Source: a virus
Lineage: Duplodnaviria; Caudoviricetes
Strand: one strand, 5' to 3'
Virus record (IMG/VR): IMGVR_UViG_3300031760_000029
Coordinates: 1-64,000 of that record
Length of the DNA stretch: 64,000 nt
The position numbers and the translations under genes are program-made. Within the stretch, counting starts at the first letter, position 1, and every line of letters begins with the position of its first letter. Of the stretch, positions 9,633 to 18,952 are shown piece after piece. Under the pieces are notes generated by a model, which worked only from the letters and a program-made list of their open reading frames with translations, was not told the DNA's origin and searched no databases.

Positions 9633-11397
9633 TTCTGTTATTTTTTTTAAACATTTTGCTGGGGCGGATTTGAGATCTTAGTTTATCAAGAAGGTCATTA
9701 GTTGATTCCTGTGGTTTTAACTTAAGCTCTAATTGATTAGCGCACCAGAATGAATATGCTATACTGGAATAACGGTCCTTACGCATACCACTAATCTCTT
9801 TTACTTTTATTTTTCCGTCCTTAACATCACTGTCTAGTTTGATTAATTCATACTCTGCCATAGTTGTTTGTACATATGGCATCTTAAGTAAAGTCTGATC
9901 TGTTAGTGACATTTTATTGTATGTCTTAATGCTTGATTTCAAAATGTCTTCTGCTTCTTGATCTAATACTAAGAAGCTTACCTTTCCATTTTGTATACCA
10001 TTACGTAAAGAAACGCAGATATTGCTGTTAAATGTAGCATCTGCTTTTACGCACCATACAACTTTTTCTGCATCCTTAACTTTACAGCGTTCGGCCATTT
10101 CATCACTATTACATGCACATAATGCTTTATAGGTTTCGCCTGTCTCTGGATCATATTGATCTTTGCATATAAAATCATATACACCCAACCCAACACCCTG
10201 ACAGTCAAGTACCAACTGTGTGCATTTATAGTTATAAAAATATCTCATCACAATCAGCCCAAGCGCATCAGTAGTAAGACCTTCAAATGTTTCCATATAT
10301 GGAAAATTCGAATGATATGATATAGCATCTGTTTGCACACAATCATTTAAAGATAATGCCGCAGCATCGTTTCGTTTCTTCTTTGTCGATGCCATAAGAG
10401 CGACGTCAACAGAAAGAATACGTTCTGCTGCACCAGTTACCTTCGGAACTGGATTCTTATCCGTATAAAACTTAAGTGGCATATATGCAGTTTTTAATCT
10501 TCTGCGCTTTTGTATTTCATCAAACTTGAATAAGTTATCTCCTTCATCGCCAAACCACAAACATTCCATTTCCATTGCTTGGATTAATTCGTTGTAATCT
10601 GGCTCGCTCATTTCGTCTTGCAATTGTTCGCGAGAGAGTAATCCTTCATAGACCGATACTTGATAAGGCAATCCACAGATGAAGTACTTCTTTGTATCGT
10701 CGAAGAAATTCATTGTGTATCCTTGTGCTTTCTTGTATGCCCACGAAGACTTGAAATACGCCGAACTCATGTAAATCTCTTTGTTGCGTTCCTGTAAATG
10801 AGCATATTCTGGCTTATTTAAATACTTTGGTTGACGAGGACTTGTGAGGAATTTTCTTAGAACAGTATTAAGAATAGTTTCATCAATCATTCTAAATTCG
10901 TCTGCGACTAAGCAATTTGCACGCGCAGACCTTGAATTCTCTGTGCTCGTCCTTGTTTTAATCCAAGAAGTATTCCAAAATGATATAGTTGCATCATTCT
11001 GGCCTATATTACATTTCTCAATCTCTGATCGTAGTATTGGAGATTGTTTCATGAAATCATCTTGTATTTTAAGTAATACTTCGTTGGCCTGTTTCAATGT
11101 ACCAGAACTTACTATGATTTTTGTACCAGGCCATAAAATACATCTGACGCAGCAGAAGAGAGCGGTTAGATAGGTTTTTCCTTGCCCGCGTGCCGCGAGA
11201 TACATGATAAAATAATAATGCACCATTACCCATAAAAGAATTTTTTGAAAAAGTTTTAGATGAATTCCTAATACTTCTTCTACGAATCTATGCGGGTTTT
11301 CACGATAATATCCTGCTCTCCACGCCACTGTTTCCATTATTTTCTGTTCTTTATCCTGAGCAATTTCTTGAACAGATTTCTTTGTTTCTTTTATCAT
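9589..11397 (-). CDS. terL: Terminase large subunit
   Basis: Walker A ARGQGKT, Walker B LVADEF, RNase H-like LSVDVAL and KDRYSS; true C-terminus uncertain because of an A8 run at 9641-9648. Confidence 0.93.
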   Translation of the reverse strand: MIKETKKSVQEIAQDKEQKIMETVAWRAGYYRENPHRFVEEVLGIHLKLFQKILLWVMVHYYFIMYLAARGQGKTYLTALFCCVRCILWPGTKIIVSSGTLKQANEVLLKIQDDFMKQSPILRSEIEKCNIGQNDATISFWNTSWIKTRTSTENSRSARANCLVADEFRMIDETILNTVLRKFLTSPRQPKYLNKPEYAHLQERNKEIYMSSAYFKSSWAYKKAQGYTMNFFDDTKKYFICGLPYQVSVYEGLLSREQLQDEMSEPDYNELIQAMEMECLWFGDEGDNLFKFDEIQKRRRLKTAYMPLKFYTDKNPVPKVTGAAERILSVDVALMASTKKKRNDAAALSLNDCVQTDAISYHSNFPYMETFEGLTTDALGLIVMRYFYNYKCTQLVLDCQGVGLGVYDFICKDQYDPETGETYKALCACNSDEMAERCKVKDAEKVVWCVKADATFNSNICVSLRNGIQNGKVSFLVLDQEAEDILKSSIKTYNKMSLTDQTLLKMPYVQTTMAEYELIKLDSDVKDGKIKVKEISGMRKDRYSSIAYSFWCANQLELKLKPQESTNDLLDKLRSQIRPSKMFKKNNRTARTSQQCVPGRTL

Positions 11398-12452
11398 TCT
11401 TCTATCTTAGATCCGAAGATCTGATCAAACAGTTCTTCTGAATCTGCGTCTTCACTATATTGTGGTTTGTTTACTGTATACTTAGACATAAACCGATCAT
11501 ATAAAGATGAAAACGCATTCTTCAGACCCATCATCTTAGATAAATGTCCCTTAAAAAATACATCTATGTAGAGCCCAATTTTATCTGGATCTTTGAATTC
11601 ATCTTCTGGCTCAGGAATCGGTTTGCTATCTTCCCATTTTTGAATTAACTGACCAAATGTCTTTGCTTCAGTAAGAGCATTGGCATTGACAGATGAAGGC
11701 TTAATTGAGTTACTCGACATGAGATCTTGCAATGTTTTATCTAACTTCTCAGTGTCACGACCAGCCTTCTGTGCTTTCTCAATTGCAAGCTGTGTAAATG
11801 CAATTCTCTGAAATAGAATTTCTTGTGCTTTTGTTTCACAGGCGTATCTTGATACCCAATCTTCATACTGAGACTCAAGGAAATATAAATCCTGAGTGGT
11901 ATAATCCTTACCAAATCGTTTACGTGCAGCCTTAACTATACGAGAATTTTCATTAACTTCTTCTTCTGATTGTCCAGGTAATGAATCTCCAAAATTTGAA
12001 TCTTTCCAAGTTAATCCGCGCCATTGAGGCAATGATTGTATAGATGTAATATATGTCTGAAATGGCGACGATCTATATCTTTCATTTACGTCATCTTTAC
12101 ATCCTTTAATACATTCTTCATAGAACGCATCGTCATATACGCGGTTCATCATCTGTAATACATGCTGTACAGATTCCTTTGTTTCGTTAGGCTCATCGCG
12201 ATCATTTTCGCGCTGCTCAATAAGTCTCAAAATGCAACGTTTGCATATAGGGTATCTACCAGTTGCATAATTCTTATCTGCATAATACGACACATCAGCT
12301 TTTTGCCAACTATTACACATAGGGCATAGTAATACATCATTTGTAATCATACGATTATAATCTTCTGCAAGTTTAAGATATGCTTCGCGAACTTTACCAA
12401 CTGTAAGTTTACGAATCTCGCTTTCCTTTTTTGGTTGTATTAATGTTGCCAT
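11394..12452 (-). CDS. Putative terminase small subunit / Zn-finger protein (352 aa)
   Basis: Start reassigned to ATG 12452 (AAAGGAG RBS); CPMC...CKRC motif; stop overlaps terL start. Confidence 0.6.
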   Translation of the reverse strand: MATLIQPKKESEIRKLTVGKVREAYLKLAEDYNRMITNDVLLCPMCNSWQKADVSYYADKNYATGRYPICKRCILRLIEQRENDRDEPNETKESVQHVLQMMNRVYDDAFYEECIKGCKDDVNERYRSSPFQTYITSIQSLPQWRGLTWKDSNFGDSLPGQSEEEVNENSRIVKAARKRFGKDYTTQDLYFLESQYEDWVSRYACETKAQEILFQRIAFTQLAIEKAQKAGRDTEKLDKTLQDLMSSNSIKPSSVNANALTEAKTFGQLIQKWEDSKPIPEPEDEFKDPDKIGLYIDVFFKGHLSKMMGLKNAFSSLYDRFMSKYTVNKPQYSEDADSEELFDQIFGSKIEE

Positions 12453-12478
12453 ATTGTATCTCCTTTGAATCATAAATA

Positions 12479-12550
12479 CGGAAAGAGTAGGGCTCGAACC
12501 TACAACCCCTCGGTTAACAGCCGAATGCTCTACCATTGAGCTATCGATCC
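12479..12550 (-). tRNA. tRNA-Asn (GTT), two acceptor-stem mismatches, no encoded CCA
   Basis: D arm GCTC/GAGC, anticodon loop CTGTTAA, T arm GTAGG-TTCGAGC-CCTAC, G73. Confidence 0.8.
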
Positions 12551-12556
12551 AATTAG

Positions 12557-12629
12557 TGGAACTGGAGGGATCCGAACCCTCGACCTCCTGCGTGCAAGGC
12601 AGGCACTCTCCCAACTGAGCTACAGCCCC
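12557..12629 (-). tRNA. tRNA-Ala (TGC), no encoded CCA
   Basis: Full cloverleaf GGGGCTG...CAGTTCC-A with G3:U70 Ala identity pair and TTGCA anticodon loop. Confidence 0.92.
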
Positions 12630-12756
12630 ATATGGGCCGCTATTAAATAAATAAAATGATATACAATCGGCCCATCCCGTGGTTCCTATGTCTAACACGG
12701 CTCAAACACCTGCCATAGCTCTGACACCATGACAAGCAAAATGCGATAGTATCGCA

Positions 12757-13977
12757 TTATAACAAAATCTTGTAACTCTCAGTATGTCCATACACATCAT
12801 CGAATCCGTATATCTTAACCGCTGGTTTACAGCCTTTCATTAATCTGTCAGAATATGGATCACTGCCTATGAAACTTGGCGAAACCAATACTTCTGCGTC
12901 ATATGTTGCGGATTCATAACTTGGAATTTCTCGCCCGTTATGATAATGTCCAAGAAGTAGATATGGAATATGTTCTCCTACCAGCATAGACAAATCACGA
13001 ATCGAATTTTCAATATTCTTAATCTGATGTCCGTGCATTGCATATATGTTTCCAAATGGTATATCAACCGTGATATACTCCTTACCTTCTTCCGCCAAAT
13101 GCACGTTAATGCGAGAATTATTACTACATAAATCCTTAATATAATTCCCAATAATATACTCAACATCCTCTGCAGCCAGCTCAGATGCTTTTGCATTTAA
13201 TACGCGCAACTGAGTATGGTTCGCTGTGGGAGCATGATAGTATTCTATATTTACAAATGCTGAAAGTTGATTTAGAAATTGAGCAAGTAACCTACTGATT
13301 TCGACTACAGCTTTGACAACTGATGTATCATTTAGATTCAAGTCTGATAATCTTAGTAAACCTTGAATACTGTCACCCAACTCCAAAATATATAAAGTAT
13401 TGACTTCATGTTTCTCGACAAAATCATAAAGTAGACTGCATAGTAGCTCTAATCTTTCTCTTGCGATCTCTCTATTATATTCATTATTCTGGCTCTTAAA
13501 CGAGGCACCATAATGAATGTCAGAAAGAGTACAAATATATGATATTGGATTATTTGGGCTCTGAATAAATAATGGTTGAAAATCTGGTAATTCTAATTGC
13601 TCACAAACAGAACCAATGTATTCGAAATATAATTGTTGTTTTGCATCTCTTCGATCAAGTCTGTTTCGCTCAACATTCAAAGTCTGTAGTTTAATCTTTT
13701 CCCTCTTGATCTCGTCAAGCTTATTATCTATATCACTGGAATGATCTTTAAGAGTTTTATTTTTAACAAAATACTCATATACAAAGGCACCGCCAAATGG
13801 ACGTCTTGATGCAGCCTGACGAAAAAAATCTGTTGATCCTCTTAAATTATATTTGTCATGTATCTCCGACCAATCAATATCTTTTTCGCCATTTATTTTA
13901 TCAATAATGTCAGACATAGCATTTTCATATTGTTTACGTGTTAGTCCGACCTTACTAAGCTCTTCGTCTATATTCAT
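12757..13977 (-). CDS. Calcineurin-like metallophosphoesterase (SPbeta YonJ-like)
   Basis: Motifs SDIHYG, GDSIQG, ANH, HGH, GHYH. Confidence 0.85.
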   Translation of the reverse strand: MNIDEELSKVGLTRKQYENAMSDIIDKINGEKDIDWSEIHDKYNLRGSTDFFRQAASRRPFGGAFVYEYFVKNKTLKDHSSDIDNKLDEIKREKIKLQTLNVERNRLDRRDAKQQLYFEYIGSVCEQLELPDFQPLFIQSPNNPISYICTLSDIHYGASFKSQNNEYNREIARERLELLCSLLYDFVEKHEVNTLYILELGDSIQGLLRLSDLNLNDTSVVKAVVEISRLLAQFLNQLSAFVNIEYYHAPTANHTQLRVLNAKASELAAEDVEYIIGNYIKDLCSNNSRINVHLAEEGKEYITVDIPFGNIYAMHGHQIKNIENSIRDLSMLVGEHIPYLLLGHYHNGREIPSYESATYDAEVLVSPSFIGSDPYSDRLMKGCKPAVKIYGFDDVYGHTESYKILL

Positions 13978-14051
13978 TTTGCCTCCAGATATGACTGCCC
14001 TACCTTCGCCATATAGGACAAAAATAGGGCAGTAAGATCAAAAGATTTGAT

Positions 14052-14243
14052 TCAGACATCTAGATCCTCATCAATCTTAAGAGTTGTTGTTATATCAAAT
14101 GGTGTATCTTCACCATATGCACGAGCAAGGATCTGGGCAACTTCAACGAGTTCGCCAGTCTCTTCGCTCATAAACATTCCCTCGTGGATTACAATTCCTT
14201 TAAATACGCCCTTAATAGAGCTTGACTTTTTAAAACTAGCCAT
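14052..14243 (-). CDS. YonK-like small protein (63 aa)
   Basis: Size, acidic C-terminus, and position upstream of the YonJ-like gene as in SPbeta. Confidence 0.6.
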   Translation of the reverse strand: MASFKKSSSIKGVFKGIVIHEGMFMSEETGELVEVAQILARAYGEDTPFDITTTLKIDEDLDV

Positions 14244-14259
14244 AATATTTTCCTTTCAA

Positions 14260-14877
14260 TCAAAGAATCTCATCAAGTGTACAATCAATGCCAATTATCT
14301 TGTCGACAATACCTCGCTCCTTTGCTTCTTTGCCAAACATATAATATTCACGATCCGTAATTTCTTCTAAAAAATCCTCATCCATATTAGTGTTATCAAT
14401 CCAGAACTGCCGAGTATTCGCATCTAGCTCGTCATAGAAACTCTGAGTGTCACGCGCTTTATTACTGCTGGTAGATATTTCAACGCAACCATCGTGAAGA
14501 AGTACTACGGTATTCGGGAAACATATACGTTCATCACCACACGCAAGAATATAACTTGCCATGGATGCGCAATATGAAAAGCCAACAGTAACAACTGGCG
14601 TAATAGATGTTTGAATAGATGATACGACCTGGAGCCCCATAATCATGTCTCCGCCACAACTATTAACATACACATAAATCTTCTTACGCTTTTCAATCGG
14701 AAGATCCTTATCTTCTTGATTCCACTTTAAAATAGAGCAGCAGACAAGCTCCATCAAATTATCATCAATCTCTTGATTAAGAATGATACGTCTATCATTT
14801 AAATTACTTTTTTGTATTACATCCCAAACGGTATCTCCACCATCTTCTTGGTTTGTAGCAAAGAACAGTGTATCCAT
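14260..14877 (-). CDS. clpP: ClpP-family serine protease
   Basis: YVNSCGG, CASMAS (Ser), LLHDG (His), DREYYM...EA...GIVDKI. Confidence 0.88.
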   Translation of the reverse strand: MDTLFFATNQEDGGDTVWDVIQKSNLNDRRIILNQEIDDNLMELVCCSILKWNQEDKDLPIEKRKKIYVYVNSCGGDMIMGLQVVSSIQTSITPVVTVGFSYCASMASYILACGDERICFPNTVVLLHDGCVEISTSSNKARDTQSFYDELDANTRQFWIDNTNMDEDFLEEITDREYYMFGKEAKERGIVDKIIGIDCTLDEIL

Positions 14878-14907
14878 ATCAGCACCTCGTAAATAAATGA
14901 AGCTGCC

Positions 14908-15099
14908 TTACGTGGCAGCTTCGTTTTTGTGTTTCGTGGCAATTTTCATATTTTCGTCAAAAGTAGGACTTAATTCAAATACATATACAGTGAATCCTGC
15001 CTTCTTTAAATTCGGCTTAATATCAACAACGCGTTCACCTAGTTTAATAAGTTTCCTGGCTACACGGATGGAAAAAATGTTCTTGTACTTTTCTTGCAT
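14908..15099 (-). CDS. Small phage protein, DUF5659-like (63 aa)
   Basis: IFS..VA..L...G..VVDIKPN...G.TVYVF pattern; AAAGGAG RBS. Confidence 0.6.
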   Translation of the reverse strand: MQEKYKNIFSIRVARKLIKLGERVVDIKPNLKKAGFTVYVFELSPTFDENMKIATKHKNEAAT

Positions 15100-15114
15100 G
15101 ATGTTGTTTCTCCT

Positions 15115-15390
15115 TTAAATCAATAATAGTTTTTTCAGATCAATACCAGGTATAAATTTATATGTCGTATATTCTCGGCCTGGATAATAATCTCCTGTTT
15201 GAATATTAAAATGTTTTTTACTTTTTCTTTGTACCGTCGTCAATTTACCTAACCCAAAAATCTTCACAGCTTTTTTTGTATATAATGTTTTCGTAATTGT
15301 TTCGAGTAAATACTCTAACACGTCTGATACTTGTTTTTGAGAGAGGTTTGTTGCGGCAGCACACTGCTTTACAAACTCTCTTTTTATCAT
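15115..15390 (-). CDS. HU/IHF-family DNA-binding protein (91 aa)
   Basis: Start reassigned to ATG 15390; MIKREFV...V.I.GLGK...VQRKSK..FNIQTG...YKFIPG..LK. Confidence 0.88.
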   Translation of the reverse strand: MIKREFVKQCAAATNLSQKQVSDVLEYLLETITKTLYTKKAVKIFGLGKLTTVQRKSKKHFNIQTGDYYPGREYTTYKFIPGIDLKKLLLI

Positions 15391-15473
15391 CTTTTTGCCT
15401 TTCTTCATAACATCACTTAAGTAATTCGTATTTTTCTTCCTTTGGAAAGGATAATAAATTTTTTCATTATTTG

Positions 15474-18400
15474 TTAACTCGCCGCTTTTTTCTTGAAGCA
15501 TTTTAAGAAAATCTGGGGATTCACATTATATAAAACTTTTAATAGCAAAGCTCTGTTTGTATAAAGAGTAGAACTACTATTTTCTTTATTCCGTTTTGCT
15601 CCAGCTCCTATACAAAAAGCCCTATTGATTAACCATGACATCAAACCAAGATAATTGTTTGAAATATAAGTAGATCTGATGTCTTGAATTAGATTTTCAA
15701 AATCATTACGAAGCAGAAGATAGTCTTCGCTTTCATTATCATCATTTGTATTATATTTATATAATTCTAACGAATATTTCTGAATTAACTTTTCCACTTT
15801 CTCAGAATGTCTATGATGAACATCTAATTCATGTTTGATCCAAAATTCCTCCATATCCAATGAAGAAGCCGTATCTCTCTGAGAATCTAAACGTAGCTTA
15901 AATAAATAATTCATAGGACACTTCAAATTCTCATTGATGGCATTTTTAATTTTCTGCTTATTCATCTTATCTCTATTTCTACGAGCCTCATCCGATCGCA
16001 TCTTTCGTTTATCTTTTTTTGTTATCATCCAGAAATACGGATATTGATTTTTCTTGATATCCATATCTTCTTTTATTCGTTTAATCTCTTCATTTAGATC
16101 GATATTGAATGTGCGTTTTGCATTATCAATTGCAATCTGTGCCAACACACTTAATATGCATACATAATCTTGATATTTCTGATCATCATAATTATATGTA
16201 TATGATAAACATAACTGAGCTAAGTTACTTGATTCTCCAATTGCTAATTGGGCCGCTGCTAAATTATTATCTATTTTTGCAAAATCCTGCATGTCATAAT
16301 TGTACACATTAGGATTTTTTGGAATCATATTTACAATAGTCGGATATTCTTTATAGCAATACTTTGCATGTGCCACAATATCCTGCTGATTAGTAATATA
16401 TATTGAATCTGAGTCCTGGTCTGCTTATTGTTTTGTCCTTGGCTCTTTATCCAAGGCTGCTCCAGATTTCTCTGGAGTATCGGATCATCTCATCAGCTTC
16501 AGCTTTACCTGTTCAGCTGTTCGGCGCTCGTGGGAGAAATTATTCTTGGCGTAGTCATTCTCCTGATCTCTAAACCTTACTATTGCTTTTGCTCGCCACA
16601 ATAGTCTTGGTAATTGATTAACATATGCACGCTAGTTACTTTTTTTAAATATGAGTCCACGTTATCCTGTGACATATATTGGCATAAGATGAATATAAAC
16701 TATGATATTGCTTTTGGGTTTGTAATTCTGGGTGGTCGATTTTAAGAATACTTGCAATACTCATTCCATTGTCATATAATTTTCGTATTCTTAATACATC
16801 CGATTCTGTGAAATTTGAACGTCCGTTGTTTTCACCCTGTTTACCCTTTTTCCAATTATCATAATTTTCGTTTAATGAATACTGAATATTTTCAAGATGA
16901 GTAACCCATTCAAGATTATCAGCATTATAATTCATTCTGTTAAAATCTTTATGATTAACTTCAGCTCCATCAAAATATCCATCAACCCATCCATAAGCAA
17001 CATATAAATGTACTGGTATACTTCCACCAAAACATGGATATCCATCTGCATTAATATGAATTGTTGCCTTTTGCTTTCTTCTATATGGATTGATTGCACG
17101 TCCATCTCTTGCTATAAGTTTAGTTCTATTTCTTAAAGTAACCTCTCTATACTCTGTTCCATTAATAATTTCGCTCTTCAAATACTTTTCCTTTCCAAAA
17201 GTATTCTAGCGTGCACTTAGTTTTCCAATTTTCACCGAATGTTTTTTACGCACATTTCTGTGCGCTGGGCCAGTATGTTAACCCATTATTTCTATCCTGA
17301 AAATCAGTTCCAATTAAATTAACGGCAACAATTAATTTGCCAAAGTTGAAATATTTACCAAAGTATTCATGGTATACATTATGCATATATCCAAGATTAT
17401 TTCTTGAATTAAAAGGATTTCTAAACTCTGCTAAGTATTCACCGTTTTCAAATCGTTCTGTCCAGCATTGTATACAATCTTTTTCAACAGTAAACGTAGG
17501 ATCGTCAAATGGATCAAGACCAACAGAACGTAATAGCATTGCGTATGGTGACCCAACAATAGTAAGATTATCAGCGTTCTGAATTCCATGACCGCTTTTA
17601 AAATTTAGTACGTAAGAACGTATGATAGCTTTTTTACGTTCTCTAAAATATGTACTCCTTATAAAATCTGGATTATGATTGACTAATGCAATAAGAACCT
17701 CATAATCATTCGCAAAATTTTTATTTTTATCCAAATAATCAAGAAATGCATTATTGTCAGATTTAAGCTTATTAATATATTCAACTGTCTTTGTGCATAC
17801 AGATGGCATAGAGTCAATATCCAAAGCATTCATCATCTGATAACTCATGCGCTGCACGTCTCCGAGTTTTGACTCGTGAACAGTTTTAACTATACCGAAC
17901 TGACAATCATTCTTTCTTACCCAATTTGACCAACATTCAAACGATACATCAAACTTTATCCATTTTATTGCATTCTCTGTTGTAATTAATCTGATATCCT
18001 TTACGCGAACACTGCGACCAAACATATCCTTTACTGTCGCATTCTCATAGCTATCGCCAAAATGATCACGCATAAACAACTGTATATTTGTATTAAATGC
18101 TGCCATTTTAGTTAGATGATGACGTAATAATATGTATCCCTCGGCATATGAAGGAAATATACTGGAATCAATTAATGCCTGTCCGTCAAACAATGTATTA
18201 ACAACTTGATAGTCATCCTGTCTCTCAATTGTACAATGCCTATTTTTATCAATCCCAACACGCAAAATTGAGGTATTAAAAAATGAATCAACATCTTTTA
18301 CGACCAATATCTGTTCTGGAAGTATCTTTACTCTATCAATAATAGAACTGGTAATAAGAGAAGAGTAGGCGCCCATTTCAACAATAGGAGAATTATTCTG

Positions 18401-18937
18401 TGGCAACTTTATGCCCATATATAAAAATTCGTGAGCCTGTTCGTAAGCATTCTCATTAATGAACATACAAGTTCCTTTTTTTGCCTTGCCAGGAGTTCGA
18501 TACAGCATTTTATATCTAATAGTCTCACGTTTACTCAGTATTTCCTCTCCCTGTTTATTGTACGTCCTATATGTTATCTCTACCCCTTCTGTATAATATT
18601 TGATTCTTAAACGTTGCTTTGATAACTTAACACATTTATCTTTATTTTTCTCAACATTATCTTTAATCTTATCTAAATATTCATTGGCATTAAATGACTT
18701 CAATTTTCTCAGAGTTGTTTTATAATCTTTTGTTCCATAATCAAAAAGTAAGCAGATTACATCCCGCGTACTTTCTTCATTCCAGATCCTTATTAAATTA
18801 TTTTCTAATAAATAATCTAGGAACAAACTATTGACAAGCATTGCATCAGTCATGTCAAGTTTGTTCCTAAATCCGTAAGTGTATTCGTATATAGAGGCTG
18901 CCTCTATATTCTTAATCTTTATGCCATATTTAGACAT
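15474..18937 (-). CDS. yonO: YonO-like single-subunit RNA polymerase, intron-split (exon 1 18937-17281, exon 2 16423-15474; spliced 868 aa)
   Basis: RNP motif (FRNPFNS); splicing AAT GGG T|CA GAC CAG GAC TCA GAT rebuilds the catalytic GSDQDSD; adjacent to HU as in SPbeta. Confidence 0.85.
16424..17280 (-). mobile_element. Group I intron (857 nt) carrying an HNH endonuclease
   Basis: P1 UGGGU/GCCCA with U.G; P2 GCACA-GAAA-UGUGC; GCACGCUAG (17214-17206)/CUAGCGUGC (16635-16627) brackets the ORF; P7 GAUCA/UGAUC; P9 CUCCAG/CUGGAG; terminal G at 16424. Confidence 0.9.
16645..17181 (-). CDS. HNH homing endonuclease (I-HmuI-like), intron-encoded
   Basis: VHLYVA...VNHKDFNRMNYNADNLEWVTHLEN; TTG start behind GGAAAGG. 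Confidence 0.88.
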   Translation of the reverse strand: MKSEIINGTEYREVTLRNRTKLIARDGRAINPYRRKQKATIHINADGYPCFGGSIPVHLYVAYGWVDGYFDGAEVNHKDFNRMNYNADNLEWVTHLENIQYSLNENYDNWKKGKQGENNGRSNFTESDVLRIRKLYDNGMSIASILKIDHPELQTQKQYHSLYSSYANICHRITWTHI

Positions 18938-18952
18938 TCATTAATCACCTCC

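Noticed and set aside
12453-12698. N-terminal 82 codons of the 434-aa ORF
   Set aside because: Reads through two tRNA genes; a strong RBS marks the start at 12452.
17246-17280. C-terminal LTYWPSAQKCA of the 563-aa ORF
   Set aside because: Intron sequence read in frame; removed by splicing.
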